A DNA stretch of 64,000 nucleotides from assembly GCA_002269645.1 (NCBI GenBank), contig NIVC01003664.1, positions 1-64,000 of the forward strand, in the 5' to 3' direction. The DNA comes from Macrostomum lignano. Its lineage: Eukaryota. The translations under genes and the position numbers were made by a program. Below, piece by piece: positions 13,266 to 27,320 of this stretch (within the stretch, counting starts at the first letter, position 1; each line of letters opens with the position of its first letter). The notes under the pieces were generated by a model, which worked only from the letters and a program-made list of their open reading frames with translations, made no database searches and was not told the origin of the DNA.

Positions 13266-14149
13266 CAAAATAAGAGAGCTGAGAGGAGACACGAACCTTG
13301 GGCGGGCCGGATTGCAGACGCAACTTAACGGCAACTTAAGGACATGCATGTCAAAAACTTCACTCAGCCGACACCTGGCTAAAAAAGGTGATTTTAGGAA
13401 GAATTCTCCCCCTCCCCACAGGCTCTAGTTTCTATCTAGATCTCCTTGCCTCTGAGAATTGTGTCGCTCCTTCCCTATTTTCACTCCTCCCTTAGCAGGA
13501 CGCAATTACCCGAAGTAACAGCAGCTTTAGACAGAGGCTAAACTCGCTAGAGGAGGGAGTTAGGAAAGGAAAAAAGGAACAGTAGCGGGAGCTCGCAGGT
13601 CATAAAATTGTGTTTTATGATCGGAACGGAGGGGCCACAAGCGGTACCGAGTGGAGACCGGGGAAGCCACGGAAGCAAATGCCAATAACTGGAGCCTCCG
13701 TTCCAATTGCGAAAAATTTCAGATGCCCCCCCCCCCCCTATTACTCAGAATAACTCGAGACAACAAAAGTATCTAAGAGTTCTTTATGGCAATCTTGGAA
13801 CAAAGAAGCAGAGGAGCAGCCGATGGGAAACCAAAGTAGCTCGTAGTTGAGCAGCACAGTAAGAAACTGCAGGAATCCGCCCCACCCATCAGCAGGTGCT
13901 GAAAGTCAGCGCTGCTGCTCAGATGGATTGTGGCGTGAGACCCGGGGCAGCTGATGCGGAGCAGCGCCGTGCTGGCAGCCGGGGTCTGTTCCGCCAATTT
14001 CAGAGCTGAGCAGTTGCTGGCTGGCTGAGCACACAGTCATTAGCTGTCAGTCTGCTGCTGTTTGCATCGCTGCGAATCTCCCTGCTTCACGCCCGGGAAG
14101 GGGCGGGGAGTCTGACTGCGTTCCATCTGCATGAGGCTTGCGCTGCAGC

Positions 14150-14150
14150 C

Positions 14151-14182
<32 letters not shown>

Positions 14183-14254
14183 AGAGTGTCTGGCTGTCTG
14201 TCTGTCTGCCTGCCTGCCTGTCTGTCTGTCTGTCTGTCTGCCTGTCTGTCTGCC

Positions 14255-14335
<81 letters not shown>
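14150..14335. repeat. (TCTG)n/(CCTG) microsatellite
   Basis: Direct. Confidence 0.95.
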
Positions 14336-15694
14336 CGCCCCACCGCGGCCGGCCCTGCCAGGTCAGGCGGACTCACAGTGCAAGCCAGGAAGCTTTTAGC
14401 CGTTCAATTTCGCGTGGCTAAAAGCCGCCACCCCGAGAGCAGCTTTAGAGCGCCGGAGCTGCGCGGGCACCGAAGTGAACAGAAGCGGAGCCAGGCAGCC
14501 AGGCAGGCAGGCAGGCAGGGCCAGCACCTTCAATATCCCCGTAAACGGCAGCTTCAAGCTCTCACTAAGGTAAGAAAATCAACTTTAACTCAGTAAAAAA
14601 TGCGTCTCAAAAAAGGAAGAAGGGGGCCCAACAACTTAAAGGTTTTCCTGCTTTCTCCCTGCTTTCACTGTTTAGTCCATCGGCAGCGCCGCCGTCCCCG
14701 CCTCGATGGTGGCTCGCCTGACTGAGCCAGCGACCGGGCTCGGGGATTGATGACGCTGGGACGGCGCCATCAATAATGCGAGGCCGCTGGCTCGATTTGT
14801 TATTACAAAAGCGCTCTCCAAGTTCGGTCCTTGGCCTCGGCCGTGCGCTGATCGAGGCGCGGCGTCATTAATAAGGGGATTAGCCGGGCGGAGATTTCGT
14901 CAAGCAATGACTGCGACTTTTTTCTCGCCCTCTCTCTCCCTCATCTCCCTCTCGCACTCCTTGGAGCATGCAAATTGAGCTCTCAGCCGGGTTGGGCAGT
15001 CAAGCTCTCCGAAAAGATGAAAAAGTTTCCCAGTGAAATATTATAGATTGAGAATTAGGAAAACTCGACGGATTATCATCTACCGGCAATGATTGAGGAT
15101 TAGTGCGTGAATTTTAATTGACAACGGCCACTTGATCATGCCCGGCAGGGGGTGGAGGGGGCTCGCGAAGATGAGCAGGGGGTGGTGGTGAGGCAGGCAC
15201 AGACCCTCCAGGATGCGTCAGTAATTGTGGCCTGCCGAGCGCGCGTGATTTCAGCACTCGAGACTCGAGTTCGCGGCGTCTGAGCAGGATGGCTGCCGAT
15301 CCCTGCCCGCATCGGGACTGCTGAGGGGCCTCTCCTCTCCACCCGGGACCAACACAGATTTGGCCTCGGGAGTGGCGTTCTGTCACGTCGCCTTATAGGA
15401 GAGGCAAAACTGCGGAGATCTGGAGCAGAAGACGATGGGCGCAGAGAGAAAGACACAGAGGGATTACGCAGGGGCAAAGACCGCGACAAGAAAGTAAGAA
15501 ACAGAGGGCGATTATAAGGAAAAAGAGGGGAGGATTACGGACGCGACTCAAAAAGATTGCGGATGGGAAAAGGCGACAGGGTTTGATGCATCAGCGAGTT
15601 GGTAGAAATTGACGATAAAGTTCTTCAACTTTGCTGTTTAGCAGCTCCGGATTGCAAATTTCTGTGAAATTCGTGTCCAATCCTGCAAACTATT

Positions 15695-16445
15695 TTATGT
15701 ACAATCATGTGAACTATTTCATGTACAATCATGTGAACTATTTCATGTACAATCATGTGAACTATTTCATGTACAATCATGTGAACTATTTCATTTACAA
15801 TCATGTGAGTTATTTTATGTACAATCATGTGAGTTATTTCATGTTCAATCATGTAAGTTTTTTCATGTACAATCATGTAAACTATTTCATGTACAATCAT
15901 GTGAACTATTTCATGTACAATCATGTGAACTATTTCATGTACAATCATGTGAACTATTTCATGTACAATCATGTGAACTATTTCATGTACAATCATGTGA
16001 ACTATTTCATGTACAATCATGTGAACTATTTCATGTACAATCATGTGAACTATTTCATGTACAATCATGTGAACTATTTTATGTACAATCATGTGAACTA
16101 TTTCATGTACAATCATGTGAACTATTTCATGTACAATCTTGTGAACTATTTCATGTACAGTCATGTGAACTATTTCATGTTGAATTATGTGAACTATTTC
16201 CTGTACAATCATGTGAACTATTTCATGTACAATCATGTGAACTATTTCATGTTTAATCATGTAAGTTATTTCATGTTCAATCATGTGAACTATTTCATGT
16301 ACAATCATGTGAACTATTTCATGTACAATCATGTGAACTATTTCATGTACAATCATGTGAACTATTTCATGTACAATCATGTGAACTATTTCATGTACAA
16401 TCATGTGAACTATTTCATTTACAATCATGTGAACTATTTCATGTA
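15695..16445. repeat. 24-bp minisatellite (TGTACAATCATGTGAACTATTTCA)n, ~31 copies
   Basis: Direct; explains the HEIVHMIV / MYNHVNYF pseudo-ORFs. Confidence 0.97.
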
Positions 16446-16554
16446 AAAATCATGTAAACCATCAATATAATCAGAGAATCCTGTGGGCAATGATATATCA
16501 ACAGGAATCCCAGATGCTATAAGCTGTAAAAGAACTGTCCTCAATCTCACTCAC

Positions 16555-16776
16555 CCTGGGCGATGGAGCTCCAAAGTAGCGCTGCTGCGGATGCTGGAAG
16601 GTCCGAACGAAGGTCTGGCCGCTGCTGACGCCGCCGCTGCCGCCGACTCCGACAATTCCGCCGATTCCACTGAAACCGACGGAGACTCGTTCCATGGGCA
16701 GGCAGTCAGACCGGTGCTGCAGCTGGTGCTGGTGCTGCAGCTGGTATTGCTGAGGCTGCAGGTACGATCTCAGCGA
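16555..16776 (-). CDS. putative internal cytoplasmic exon of the protocadherin
   Basis: Acceptor gcattttcag, donor GTGAGT, 222 nt phase 0-0, SLRSYLQPQQYQLQHQHQ..GAPSPR. Phase fits the donor at 20706 and the acceptor at 10225. Confidence 0.65.
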
Positions 16777-17399
16777 CTGAAAATGCAGATTGAATGCACT
16801 ACACGGATGCTGTCTTCGCCTAACAAGGATGCCGATGTCCCCCTCCCCTCTTAATGCAATTTATTGTTGCACGGCGATAAGTTGAGCAACAGTGCCTTCC
16901 GCTTCACCTCGCAAATGAAGGATTTGGGTGGCAACAGCGAAATGCAATCACACGGCCCATCTCAGCTGCCTTGTGTTCTAGCCTGAGCATGCAGTAAATT
17001 GAGCCCACTTCCCCCTGCATCAGCCTGGGCAGCAGCAATCGAGTTATCCCCTGGCGCCCCGGGGGCTCCCACCATCTCCAAGCATGGCTGATTTTCCTGG
17101 CTAACATAGCACTGCTGCTGCTGCTGCTGGAAGCGAGCAGTCATTCAGGTCAGCCTGAAGACATGATCGAGAGCAAATCAAGGCTAATAAGGGTTATTAC
17201 AGAGGGGGGGGGTAGCAGTTGCAGTAGCGAATGCTCCTGGTTTAAAGAGCTATTCAATGTTGCTGTCTTCAGCAATTTCTGGATGCAAATGCTCACTAAT
17301 TCATGTGTTAGTTTCTGAAGTAACTCTGGCTCACCTCACTCCCTGCAGACCTCACCTGTCTCTGGAATCTCTTTCTATGGGTCCTTTCTGCTCTCTGAA

Positions 17400-17660
17400 C
17401 TTTCCTCTTCTCTCTTCTCTCCTCTCTCCTCCTCTCCTCTCTCTACTCTCTCTCATCTCTCATCTCTCCTCTCTCTCCTCTCTTCTCTCTTCTTTCCTAT
17501 CTCTTCTCTCTTCTCTCTTCTCTTCTCTCCTCTCCTCCCTCTTCTCTCTTCTCTCCTCTATATTCTCCTTTCTCCTCTCACCTCTCTTCTCTCACTTCTC
17601 ACCTGTCTCCTCTCCCCGCTTTCTTATCCATTCTCTTTTCTCCCCTCTTCTCTCTTCTCC
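17400..17660. repeat. CT-rich low-complexity tract
   Basis: Direct. Confidence 0.9.
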
Positions 17661-20600
17661 GCCATTCAAGCCAAGCACAAACTTCCAGGAATTTCTAGTT
17701 CAAAATACACTCACAGATTTGTTCGAAAGCACTTGCGTCCAAAGCTTCATCAAGCCTAGCCATCTTCATCACTATGGAACTCTGTCCTCTGCGAGGCATT
17801 ATAGAATGAATAGGAACTAAGCAGAGAAGCCTGATGAAGCTTAAATTCTCATCCAGCCTCGCAGGAAGTTCAGCGGCACCAAAATCGCTAATCTGTCCGG
17901 CCCTCATGGGAGGACGGATGGAAAGTTTTAATCGGGAGATAATTGAAGCCTCGCTTAAGCGCTGCACAACGAAAAGGCGCTCGCAGACTTTCTCCAGACA
18001 GGCCTCGGACATCGCGTTCCGCCCTCTGGGGAAATTCTGTCCGCGGATCAGGGGCACAGGATTAGGGCGGCGGCTTTGGCTCCGGCCGAAATCTTGCTAG
18101 GTTACCCCCAGCTAACTTTCACTCCAGCAACGGATGGGGCATAGAGGCTGGGACAGAGTGGAGAAAAGGGTCTCACAAAAGAAGACAATCCCGAGAACGC
18201 ATCCAGCAAGATAAAGAAGCCAGATAAGATAGGGACAAAGTTTCGTTTGGCGTGGGTCAAAAAAACTTTTCTTTCTTATTAAAGAAGAAGAGCAAAAGAA
18301 GAAGATGGAGAAAGGCAAAAGCCGATCTGCGCAGTGCCAGGGACTGGGAGAGCCACAAAGAGACGTCGGAGGTGGGGGCATCGGGCCCCGGGGTCCCTCT
18401 GCCCCCTTCCTGTGCTCGCTCTGCTAATAATTGGAAAGCCTCATTACTTGCTAATTCCCGGGTCGCAACTCCGTTTTGGGATTCTTCTGCCGACCTGAAA
18501 ATCTCTCCCCTGCTCAGTGTGCCGTGAATTCGCTCCCTCCCATGTATTTTCATGTCCCATTGAGACCATTTGTATTGGGCTCTGGGCTTGCGTGTACTTT
18601 CTCTTCGCCCCCCGGCTTCAGATCCGATGCCTGAAATGAATTAACAATCAAAAGGGTATTTCGTTACGCTTCTCAGGGCCAGCTCAATGCATGTCGGTCA
18701 GAGGTCACAGGTCGGGGAGAATGGTGAGCAGACTTTCTGTGAGCTAACCAGTCGCCAGGTGCAGGGAAGCGGCACCTAAACAGCAGGATGCATCATCGCG
18801 CCTCCGTCATCTTCTAGCCTGAGCGGCTTCCGGACGGAACCCGTCAGAATCAAGAGGCTCAGTTTGGCAGGGCCTTCCGGGTCTGAGTTACAGACCGTAC
18901 CGCACAGTCTGTTGGCATGGCAGCTGCCGCAGTGTTGGCGGTGGAGAGCAACAATGGCTGATCATTCTTTGTGTGCGGCAGCTTGGCAGGGCAGGGGAGG
19001 ATTTCATTATAAAGGAGAACTGGATGAGAAGCATCAATCATTATTCTGTTGGCCGTCTGGACAGTTGAAGACTGCTATGAGAAGTGAAGCGAATTTACAC
19101 CCACACACGCACAGAGCAGAAGAGAGCGCTATAGCAAGGTTCCGAGGCAAAGAGACCAGCCAGCCCTCACAATGCGGGACACCCTTTGCTGCCTCTGACA
19201 CCTTCACGCTCCGCCAGTCAGCCCCGCCCGTCCAGAGAAGCGATAGAGTCTTTGGGAAGCATTCACCTTTGGCTCGGCCAGGTCCGTATACTAGCGAGGG
19301 AGATTGATCGATCGATAGCTTTTTACATCAAAGTTGGAACCTCTGCGTTCTGTGTTGGACGCCTGTCCTGCTTGCTGCTACTTGTTACATTGTTTTTCAT
19401 AGTCATATATAGTTTTAATTAAGGGTAGCACGTGTTTGCTGAAACTAGCTTTGCTTGTTGATGAGACACAAAGAGCCTCACTTTGATGTGTCCAGTGTGC
19501 GCAACAAGCGGCTGTTATGCAACAATATAGCTAGGAACAGAGGTGTCCTCGTTGCAGATAAATAAATTTTTAAACCAACTCAAGAAGACGAAGAAATGCA
19601 AAAGCAAGAGCAGAAGCAGACCATTGCCAATAGGATTTGCGAATCGATCTGACTTGAAGCGGAACGGAAGGCAAGCGATGACGAAGCTGCGCTAGGTAGA
19701 AAAATCAATTAATTCACTCTCTGGTCCAGCCAGCTTCCCCAAACTGCACAGCTTCATCGGGCAGCTTGTCACGAGCTCAATATACTCGTCTACATTTTAG
19801 CTATATTGTGGGATGGATCGGCTCAAATCCACTGCTTTAGCGTGTTGTTCCGAGGAAATATGTCAGGAAAAAAGTATTGAACCACGCCATGACAGCTCCG
19901 ACCAACTGTTACATTGTTCCCATTTTTGCAAGATTTGGATACGGGCACAAGGGAAAGGAAAGTATAAAACAGAAGACAATGGGATGAGGGATTACAGGCA
20001 AGGCACGGGGGTGGGAGATGAGATGGAACCAGCCATTGCTAATGGCCTGCCATCCCAGCCCCCCTCACCCCTTGCAAGGCGGAGGTGCTTAGCCGCCGCC
20101 AGCCCCGTCGCATATTGTTATCTCTAATCGGAGCACTGGATGTGGCTACTGGGCTGCTGGGGAGGGATAAGGCCCGTCCCTACCGCACTCACCGCCCTGT
20201 ATCGGATTTCAAAATCTCTTCTTCCCCATCTCACTTTTCCCGTCCACTCGGTTCCCCCCTCGTTTTTTTCTTGTCCCACTCCCTCGCGAGAGTCTCTACA
20301 AGCTAAAGCAAAGACAGGCTTTAGGCACCGGATTTTGAAGAATCACCGGAGACTCTTTGAAATCCTCTCAGCCGATCTTAGGTTTACCTACTTCCAGCAA
20401 CAGTTAGAAACAACCGCCAGTTGAAATCAAAGCACTAGCTAGGTAAACAGCGCACAGGTGCATTTGGTACCCAAGCATCGGTGCACTGTATGAAAGTCTG
20501 GGCTGTGTGACGATGCCCTCACATCCAACGACCCCGAGTCATAGCCGAACATAGTACCGATTAGTGACACCCGAAACTGATGGAGCCGGGCATTTGGCTT

Positions 20601-20706
20601 CATTGCGAGGGAGGCGCCCGCAATTCGGTATATTGTCGAAATAAGACCTGACCGCTCCTAGTAAAACAAAATCTTGCTCAATTTTTCATGCTAAAAATCC
20701 GCTCAC

Positions 20707-22359
20707 CGCAGCTGGCGACCCGGATGGCCGGCCGAGCGACCAGCCGGCCACGGAGAAGTCGCCCGCCACGCCGACGGTGTCAGCGTCCGCGTCAGCGCCG
20801 CAGTCGTCTCCGTTGCCGTCTCCGCCGTCCACAACGCCGCCGCCGCCGCCGCCGCTGCCGTGTGTCTTGGACCTCGCCAGCCTGTCGCCGGTTGCTAAGC
20901 GTGCGTCGCTAACGACGCCGCCAGTCGAGGCGACATCGGCAGACTTAGCCCGCACGTAGAAGATGGCCGCCACCAGGCCAGCCGCGATCAGCACGGTGGC
21001 CGCGATGATGACGATCAGGATGGCGACGCCGCCAGCGCCAGCAGCGCCGAACCGGTGCATCGACCCGGGCGGCGCGGTCAGCCGGACGTAGAAGGTGACG
21101 CTGCCGGAGAGGCGCCGGGGCAGGCCGCCATCGGTGGCCACCAGGGTCAGAGCGTAGACGCCAGGTTGCGGCGGTCCTAACGGGTCGTCCGGCTTCCAGA
21201 GAGTGTGCAGCTCGCCTTTGACAGGATCCACGCCGAACAGCCGGCTGCCGTTGGTTCCCGGACGCAGGCCGAAGCTCACCGTGCCGTTGTCGCCAGCGTC
21301 AAGGTCGGCGGCCACCGCCTCAATCACCAGGGACCGTTCGGGCAGGTTCGTGTAGAGCAGCCGAGTGGCGACAGCAGACTGCGCCTCGCTGCCAGTTGCT
21401 CCGTCGCGGACACCGCTTCCAATGATCTGGCCGGGCAGCGGCGCGGTGAACACGGGGGCATTGTCGTTTACGTCCAGCACCTCGATCTGCAAGCTGGCGG
21501 TGGCCGAGCGAGGCGGCTTGCCGAGATCCGAGGCCCCCAGCAGCACCAGCAACCGCGGCTGCTGCTCCCGGTCCAGTTTAGCTTTCAGCAGCAGAGCTCC
21601 AGTTGAAGCGTTCAGGCGCAGGTACTCATTGTGCACGTACCGGCCTGGCAACAGGTTGAATCGAACTGTGCCGTTCTCGTCCTTGTCCGGGTCTTGAAAC
21701 GCAACGCGGCCGATCTGGGCACCCACCGAGCTGTCCTCGGACACGCTCATGACCGGCGGGCCCACGTAGGCCGGCGCGTTGTCGTTTTCGTCCAACAAGA
21801 TGACAATGACGGAGGCGGAGGCGCTTTGCGACGGATGTCCGGAGTCCTCAGCGATCACTTGGAACGTCAGGCTTGGCTGGAGCTCGCGATCGAGTCTGGC
21901 GCCGGGAAGCAGCTCGATATTGCCTGAGCGCTGACCGATGCGGAAAAATTGCTTCCCAGCCGCGTCCAGGCGGTAGGACAGCAGGCCGCTCTCGCCCTTG
22001 TCCTTGTCAACCGCCTGCACGGTCAGCACGGAGAGGCCAGAGGCCAGGCCCTCGGACACCTGGGCAAAGTAGCTTCTCTGGGGGAAGGCCGGCGCGAAGT
22101 CGTTGGTCTCCCGGATCGGAATTACAAACCGCCGGATGGCCGGCTGCACTGGCTGGGCCGAGTCCATGCAGCTGATCTCGACGGAGACGTTCTGCAACAC
22201 TTCGAAGTCGAATCGAGTAGCGCTGTATAAGTTGTAGGTGGTCGCCTCTGACGACTGTCGCTCGGCGTTGTTGTTGTCAGATATTTTCAGACTGAACATT
22301 GGGTTAGACTGTAGCTTGCAGGTCACCTTGCCACGGGACACCGAGTCCACGTCAGTCAC
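20707..22359 (-). CDS. protocadherin exon 2: rest of EC4, EC5-EC7, TM and start of cytoplasmic tail
   Basis: Cadherin motifs (ETNDFAPAF, LDRE, DENDNAP, DVNDNAP, DxDxGxNG), TM GVAILIVIIAATVLIAAGLVAAIFYV; acceptor ctcgtag, donor GTGAGC. Confidence 0.93.
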
Positions 22360-22823
22360 CTACGAGTTGGATGGAGAGTTCGAAAATTTTAGTGAGCAAC
22401 ATTTTTTATTAAGACTTGGCAAAGCCGCTACGGCCTACCCGTGTCTTGGCCTTGCCCGAGGACTATCGGGGCCCCCCTCGAAGTGTACAATATGTTCTAC
22501 ATAGACTGTCCAGACCTCTCAAAGGGTACAATATGTTCTACATAGACTGTCCGGACCTCTCAAAGGGTACAAGATATCTTACAAAGACTGTCAGGGTCTC
22601 TCGAAGGGTACAGGAGGGTTACAGTCTTACAAAGACTTCATGACCTCTCTAAGAATACAGGATGTCTTACAAAGACTCAGAACCTCTCGAAGCGTACAGG
22701 ATGTCTTACAAAAACTGTCAGGGTCTCTCGAAGGGTACAGAAAGTAGCAGGACTGAGCTCTATCTGCTATGTCTCGCCCCCCCCCCATACTCATGTCGAC
22801 CCATGTCAAAGTTGAGCAACCAC
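22360..22823 (-). other. 464-bp phase-0 intron splitting EC4, filled with degenerate tandem repeats
   Basis: AAG|GTGGTT ... CTCGTAG|GTG joins ..ELIMTLK|VTDVDSVSRG.. in frame. Confidence 0.85.
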
Positions 22824-23960
22824 CTTCAGCGTCATGATGAGCTCGCCTTCGCTCCTGTGCTCGTACAGGTCGTACACAGCCAACTGCTCGATTATCGGCG
22901 GATTGTCGTTGACGTCTTTGACGTTGACGGTGACGGTGGCGCTGGCCGAACGTACCGGGGTACCGGAGTCCCGAGCCTCGATCAGCACCACGGCGCTGCG
23001 CTGCTCCGGCCGCTCAAAGTCCAGCTGGCGGCGCAGGTGGAGGTCCCAGGTGGAGGCCCCTTTTTTTAGCACCTCGAAATGGCCAGCGAGTTCCGACGGT
23101 GTTACGGCGACAATCTTCAGGTGGAGCTCGGCGTTGGCGCCGTCGTCCTGATCGTCTACCGAGAGCGTCGTGAGCCTATCGCCGACTGGCCAGTTTTCCG
23201 GGATCTCCAGCGTCTGCGTCGGCGTATTGAAGACTGGTGCGTTGTCGTTGACGTCGCCGACTCGGACGGTGATGACCACGGCGCCAGTTCGGAGGCCGTC
23301 GGTGGCGCGCAGGGTGATCTGGTACTGCGGCTGCCGCTCGCGGTCCAGCGGTTTCGTCAGGCGCAGACGCGGCTGCCCGGCCCCGGACGTGTCCACCAGC
23401 GCGAAGGTGCCGCTGGGGTCCTCCAGGCTGTAGTTGGCCACGCCGAACGCGGGCGAGTCGCGGTCCTCCGCCGCGGGCAGGTCGATCACCGTCCCGTTGG
23501 CGTCCTCGGGCACGTCGATTGGCTGCATGCTGCGGAACGCAGGCGGCTGGTCGTTCTCGTCGTTCAGGACAATGCGCAGCAGGCGAAGGATCGGCCGGGA
23601 GCCCGGCGCCGCCCGCAGCTCGAGTTGATAGTCCAGGACGCAGTCGGACTTCTCGCAGCAGTCCAGGAGGCCGCAGAGCTCGTCTCGGTCCACGTCGCGG
23701 TTGGCGGAGATGGCGCCCTGCCGGTCCACGGTGAATAGGTTGTCCGGGCTCTTTGATTGCGGCTCCAGGCGGGCGGACTGGTAGGGCGGCGGCGGCAGGC
23801 GGCTGTCGAGGGTGTACAGCTGGCCGACCAGCGTTTTGAAGTTCACGTTGTCACCCAGGCTGATGCTGATGCCGACGTCCGCCTGAGCGGAGGCCGGCGT
23901 GGCTAGCAGCACCAGGAGCAGGTGGACGCTGGCGAGGCGGCTCTGCTGCTTGGCGGCCAT
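22824..23960 (-). CDS. protocadherin exon 1: signal peptide, EC1-EC3, start of EC4 (7-EC, delta-1-like architecture)
   Basis: MAAKQQSRLASVHLLLVLLATPASA signal; EC1 DVDRDELC..C motif typical of protocadherins; PED/PEN, LDRE, DxNDN motifs. Confidence 0.93.
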
Positions 23961-24361
23961 TTCTTCTTTCGGTTAAATAATCCTAATTTAATAGGCCGAG
24001 CTGTGGCGTTGCCATTGGTATGTTATCTGCTTTTTTCTTATGCCCTGCTGGCCTGGCTCTCAGCTAATTCACCTCTCACCGCGTTGCAAGCTCCTTCTTC
24101 TAAAAGAAACATGTCTACGCCGCTGATTGGCTGACAGATTGGCCAATAGGAGCTGCTCGACTTGCCGCGATTCATTTCTTATTTTTCTGGCTGCCTTCTT
24201 TGCTTGGCCTCTGGTTTTGTATTCAATCCGGAATCAAACAAATCCCCTGTGGATCTCCTTTGTTAGAGTTTCAAAATTGTCTGAGGGCTTCGCATTTGAC
24301 AAGTGGGTTGAAAATAAACTAATGGGGAAGCGAGATGACGAAGTGATAAAAGGAGAGAAAA

Positions 24362-25460
24362 ATTGAGTGAATTGGTGAGAGAGTGAGTGAATTGGTGAGA
24401 GAGTGAGTGAATTGGTGAGAGAGTGAGTGAATTGGTGAGAGAGTGAGTGAATTGGTAAGAGAGTGAGTGAATTGGTGAGAGAGTGGGTGAATTGGTAAGA
24501 GAGTGAGTGAATTGGTGAGAGAGTGGGTGAATTGGTAAGAGAGTGAGTGAATTGGTGAGAGAGTGAGTGAATTGGTGAGAGAGTGAGTGAATTGGTGAGA
24601 GAGTGAGTGAATTGGTAAGAGAGTGAGTGAATTGGTAAGAGAGTGAGTGAATTGGTAAGAGAGTGAGTGAATTGGTGAGATAGTGGGTGAATTGGTGAGA
24701 GAGTGAGTGAATTGGTGAGAGAGTGAGTGAATTGGTGAGAGAGTGAGTGAATTGGTAAGAGAGTGAGTGAATTGGTGAGAGAGTGGGTGAATTGGTAAGA
24801 GAGTGAGTGAATTGGTGAGAGAGTGAGTGAATTGGTGAGAGAGTGAGTGAATTGGTGAGACAGTGGGTGAATTGGTGAGAGAGTGAGTGAATTGGTGAGA
24901 GAGTGAGTGAATTGGTGAGAGAGTGAGTGAATTGGTGAGAGAGTGAGTGAATTGGTGAGAGAGTGAGTGAATTGGTGAGACAGTGGGTGAATTGGTGAGA
25001 GAGTGAGTGAATTGGTGAGAGAGTGAGTGAATTGGTGAGAGAGAGAGAGTGAATTGGTGAGAGAGTGGGTGAATTTGTGAGACAGTGGGTGAATTGGTGA
25101 GAGAGTGAGTGAATTGGTGAGACAGTGGGTGAATTGGTGAGAGAGTGAGTGAATTGGTGAGAGAGTGAGTGAATTGGTGAGAGAGTGAGTGAATTGGTGA
25201 GAGAGTGAGTGAATTGGTGAGACAGTGGGTGAATTGGTGAGAGAGTGAGTGAATTGGTGAGAGAGTGAGTGAATTGGTGAGACAGTGGGTGAATTGGTGA
25301 GAGAGTGAGTGAATTGGTGAGAGAGTGAGTGAATTGGTGAGACAGTGGGTGAATTGGTTAGAGAGTGAGTGAATTGGTGAGAGAGTGAGTGAATTGGTTA
25401 GAGAGTGAGTGAATTGGTGAGACAGTGGGTGAATTGGTGAGAGAGTGAGTGAATTGGTGA
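24362..25460. repeat. 20-bp minisatellite (GAGTGAATTGGTGAGAGAGT)n, ~55 copies
   Basis: Direct. Confidence 0.97.
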
Positions 25461-27071
25461 TAATATAAAAAAGTTTCTGGGGAATAAGAGATAAGTGAAT
25501 AGGTCGCCATCATAAACCCGAAAGATCATAACCCCCGAAAACCAGAATAGCGTTGGACATTGCTAGCACTTTTGGAGTTATATTTCGGGTTTGTGATATT
25601 TAGGGTTTGTGATGCCCCCACAAGTGAATGAGTGAGAGATTCATGAATGCTGGAGAAAGTGAGTGAAAGTGAGCTGAGAGTGAGTGAGCAACTACTAGCA
25701 CTTTGCCGGCAAGAAATGAAGCTGGACTGAAGCCGAGAGCCAGGTCACCCAGAATCCACATGCCATCTCTTACTTGCTGCAACTTGATGCAGCTAGCTGA
25801 GCACGAGAGGCGGGACCAGCCAACTCTTTCTTGATCTCAAAGCGGCCAGCCTGTCCTGTTCCAAATTTCTCAGTTTGCACCCTCATCTGCTGCCGTCCTC
25901 ACTCCTTCCTCATCTAAGAGGCTGGATCAGGAGCCCCGACAGGCCCTCGCGAAGTGACCCTCAGGCGGGCGGCAGCTGGTAGCCCGGGCTTGGACTTTTT
26001 ACCTCTCCTCCTCCTCTTTCTTCTCATCCTCACTTTTTTCTAACTGAGCAGAACCGATTGGCAAATAAATTATTTTTGGCGAAGAAATGGCGGATCGATC
26101 GGCTTGGCGTTTTCCCTGCCCCAGCTTCCCCAGGTGCGCGAGACCCTCCGCTGAGGGTGGGGGAAGCCATTTTTTAAGTCCCCCTTCTCCGATTTTTTCA
26201 AGATGACGATGATTCAGGAAATTCTTGAGATGGCAGAGGGTCCGGGCGGGCAACTGGGGATTTTTTAGCTGAGGATTAAAGATCGCCCGCTTGCAAAAAA
26301 ATTGATGATGAAGCTGAGACTGTCTGGGGAAGCAGGCTAATAATATTTTTGGCCCAGCGCGGGACTAAATCAAAGGAAACCTGCGCTCAGGCTATGGGGC
26401 CTTTGCTGCCTTTGAGATGAGCAGTGCTCAAAGCAGAAGCACTCCAGCCGAGCAGTTTGGAGACGTGTGTTGATGAAGCGTGAGGCATCTGGGAGAATCT
26501 GTTTGTTTTACTTGTCCAAGTTCATAGAAAAATGACTCACACACACATTCGTGAACTCACCTGCGATCAAACTGTAATATTTATTTTTTTAATTCTTTAA
26601 TTTATGACCTCACTCATGAACTAATGAAACTCAGTCTAATTAATCAGCTCTCCCGTAAACTGATAAACTCACTAATTGACTCGGTTTCAGTCATGTACTC
26701 ATGATTTTAGAAACTTATTAATGAGATTATGATAAATTTATTAAGCCATAAATTCTTCAGCATATGAGAATTGAATCGCAGGGGTCACAAAGCATTCGAG
26801 GTCAAAAATCGAGTAACCTGAGGCGAGCAATGAAGCGGTGAGCCCCTGCACCTGCACCCGAGCAATGCGACCTCTCAAATTTTGCTAGGGGAGTATGGAG
26901 GCACCTGGAGACGAGGATGTATATTACGAGCTAAAGCGACAGAAACGCCCTTGACGACCTTCTCAAAAGAAATCATTGAATATCTTGACGGCCTGAAATG
27001 CTGGTCACTTGCTGCCAGTGTGCCCAGAAATATCTAGAACGAATTCTGGGAAAGTAGTCTAGTAATTGAAT

Positions 27072-27320
27072 TAGTCACTCACTAAATGAGGCAGTCACTC
27101 ACTAAATGAGGCAGTCACTCACTAAATGAGGCAGTCACTCACTAAATGAGGCAGTCACTCACTAAATGAGGCAGTCACTCACTAAATGAGGCAGTCACTC
27201 ACTAAATGAGGCAGTCACTCACTAAATGAGGCAGTCACTCACTAAATGAGGCAGTCACTCACTAAATGAGGCAGTCACTCACTAAATGAGGCAGTCACTC
27301 ACCAAATTAGGCAGTCACTG
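27072..27320. repeat. 20-bp minisatellite (AGTCACTCACTAAATGAGGC)n, ~12 copies
   Basis: Direct, near-perfect copies. Confidence 0.97.

Noticed and set aside
12415-15489. Further candidate protocadherin tail exons (~12.6-12.7, 13.9-14.0 and 15.1-15.4 kb)
   Set aside because: GC-rich and exon-like, but I could not find splice sites giving a phase-consistent open chain.
15625-16446. His-rich HEIVHMIV / MYNHVNYF ORFs
   Set aside because: A 24-bp tandem repeat open on both strands inside a protocadherin intron; no coding evidence.
20688-23738. Plus-strand ORFs overlapping the protocadherin (similar ones antisense to SSADH and the 34950 ORF)
   Set aside because: Antisense shadows of GC-rich coding sequence.
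24120-24150. Clustered CCAAT boxes upstream of the protocadherin ATG
   Set aside because: Plausible promoter, but short motifs alone cannot place the transcription start.
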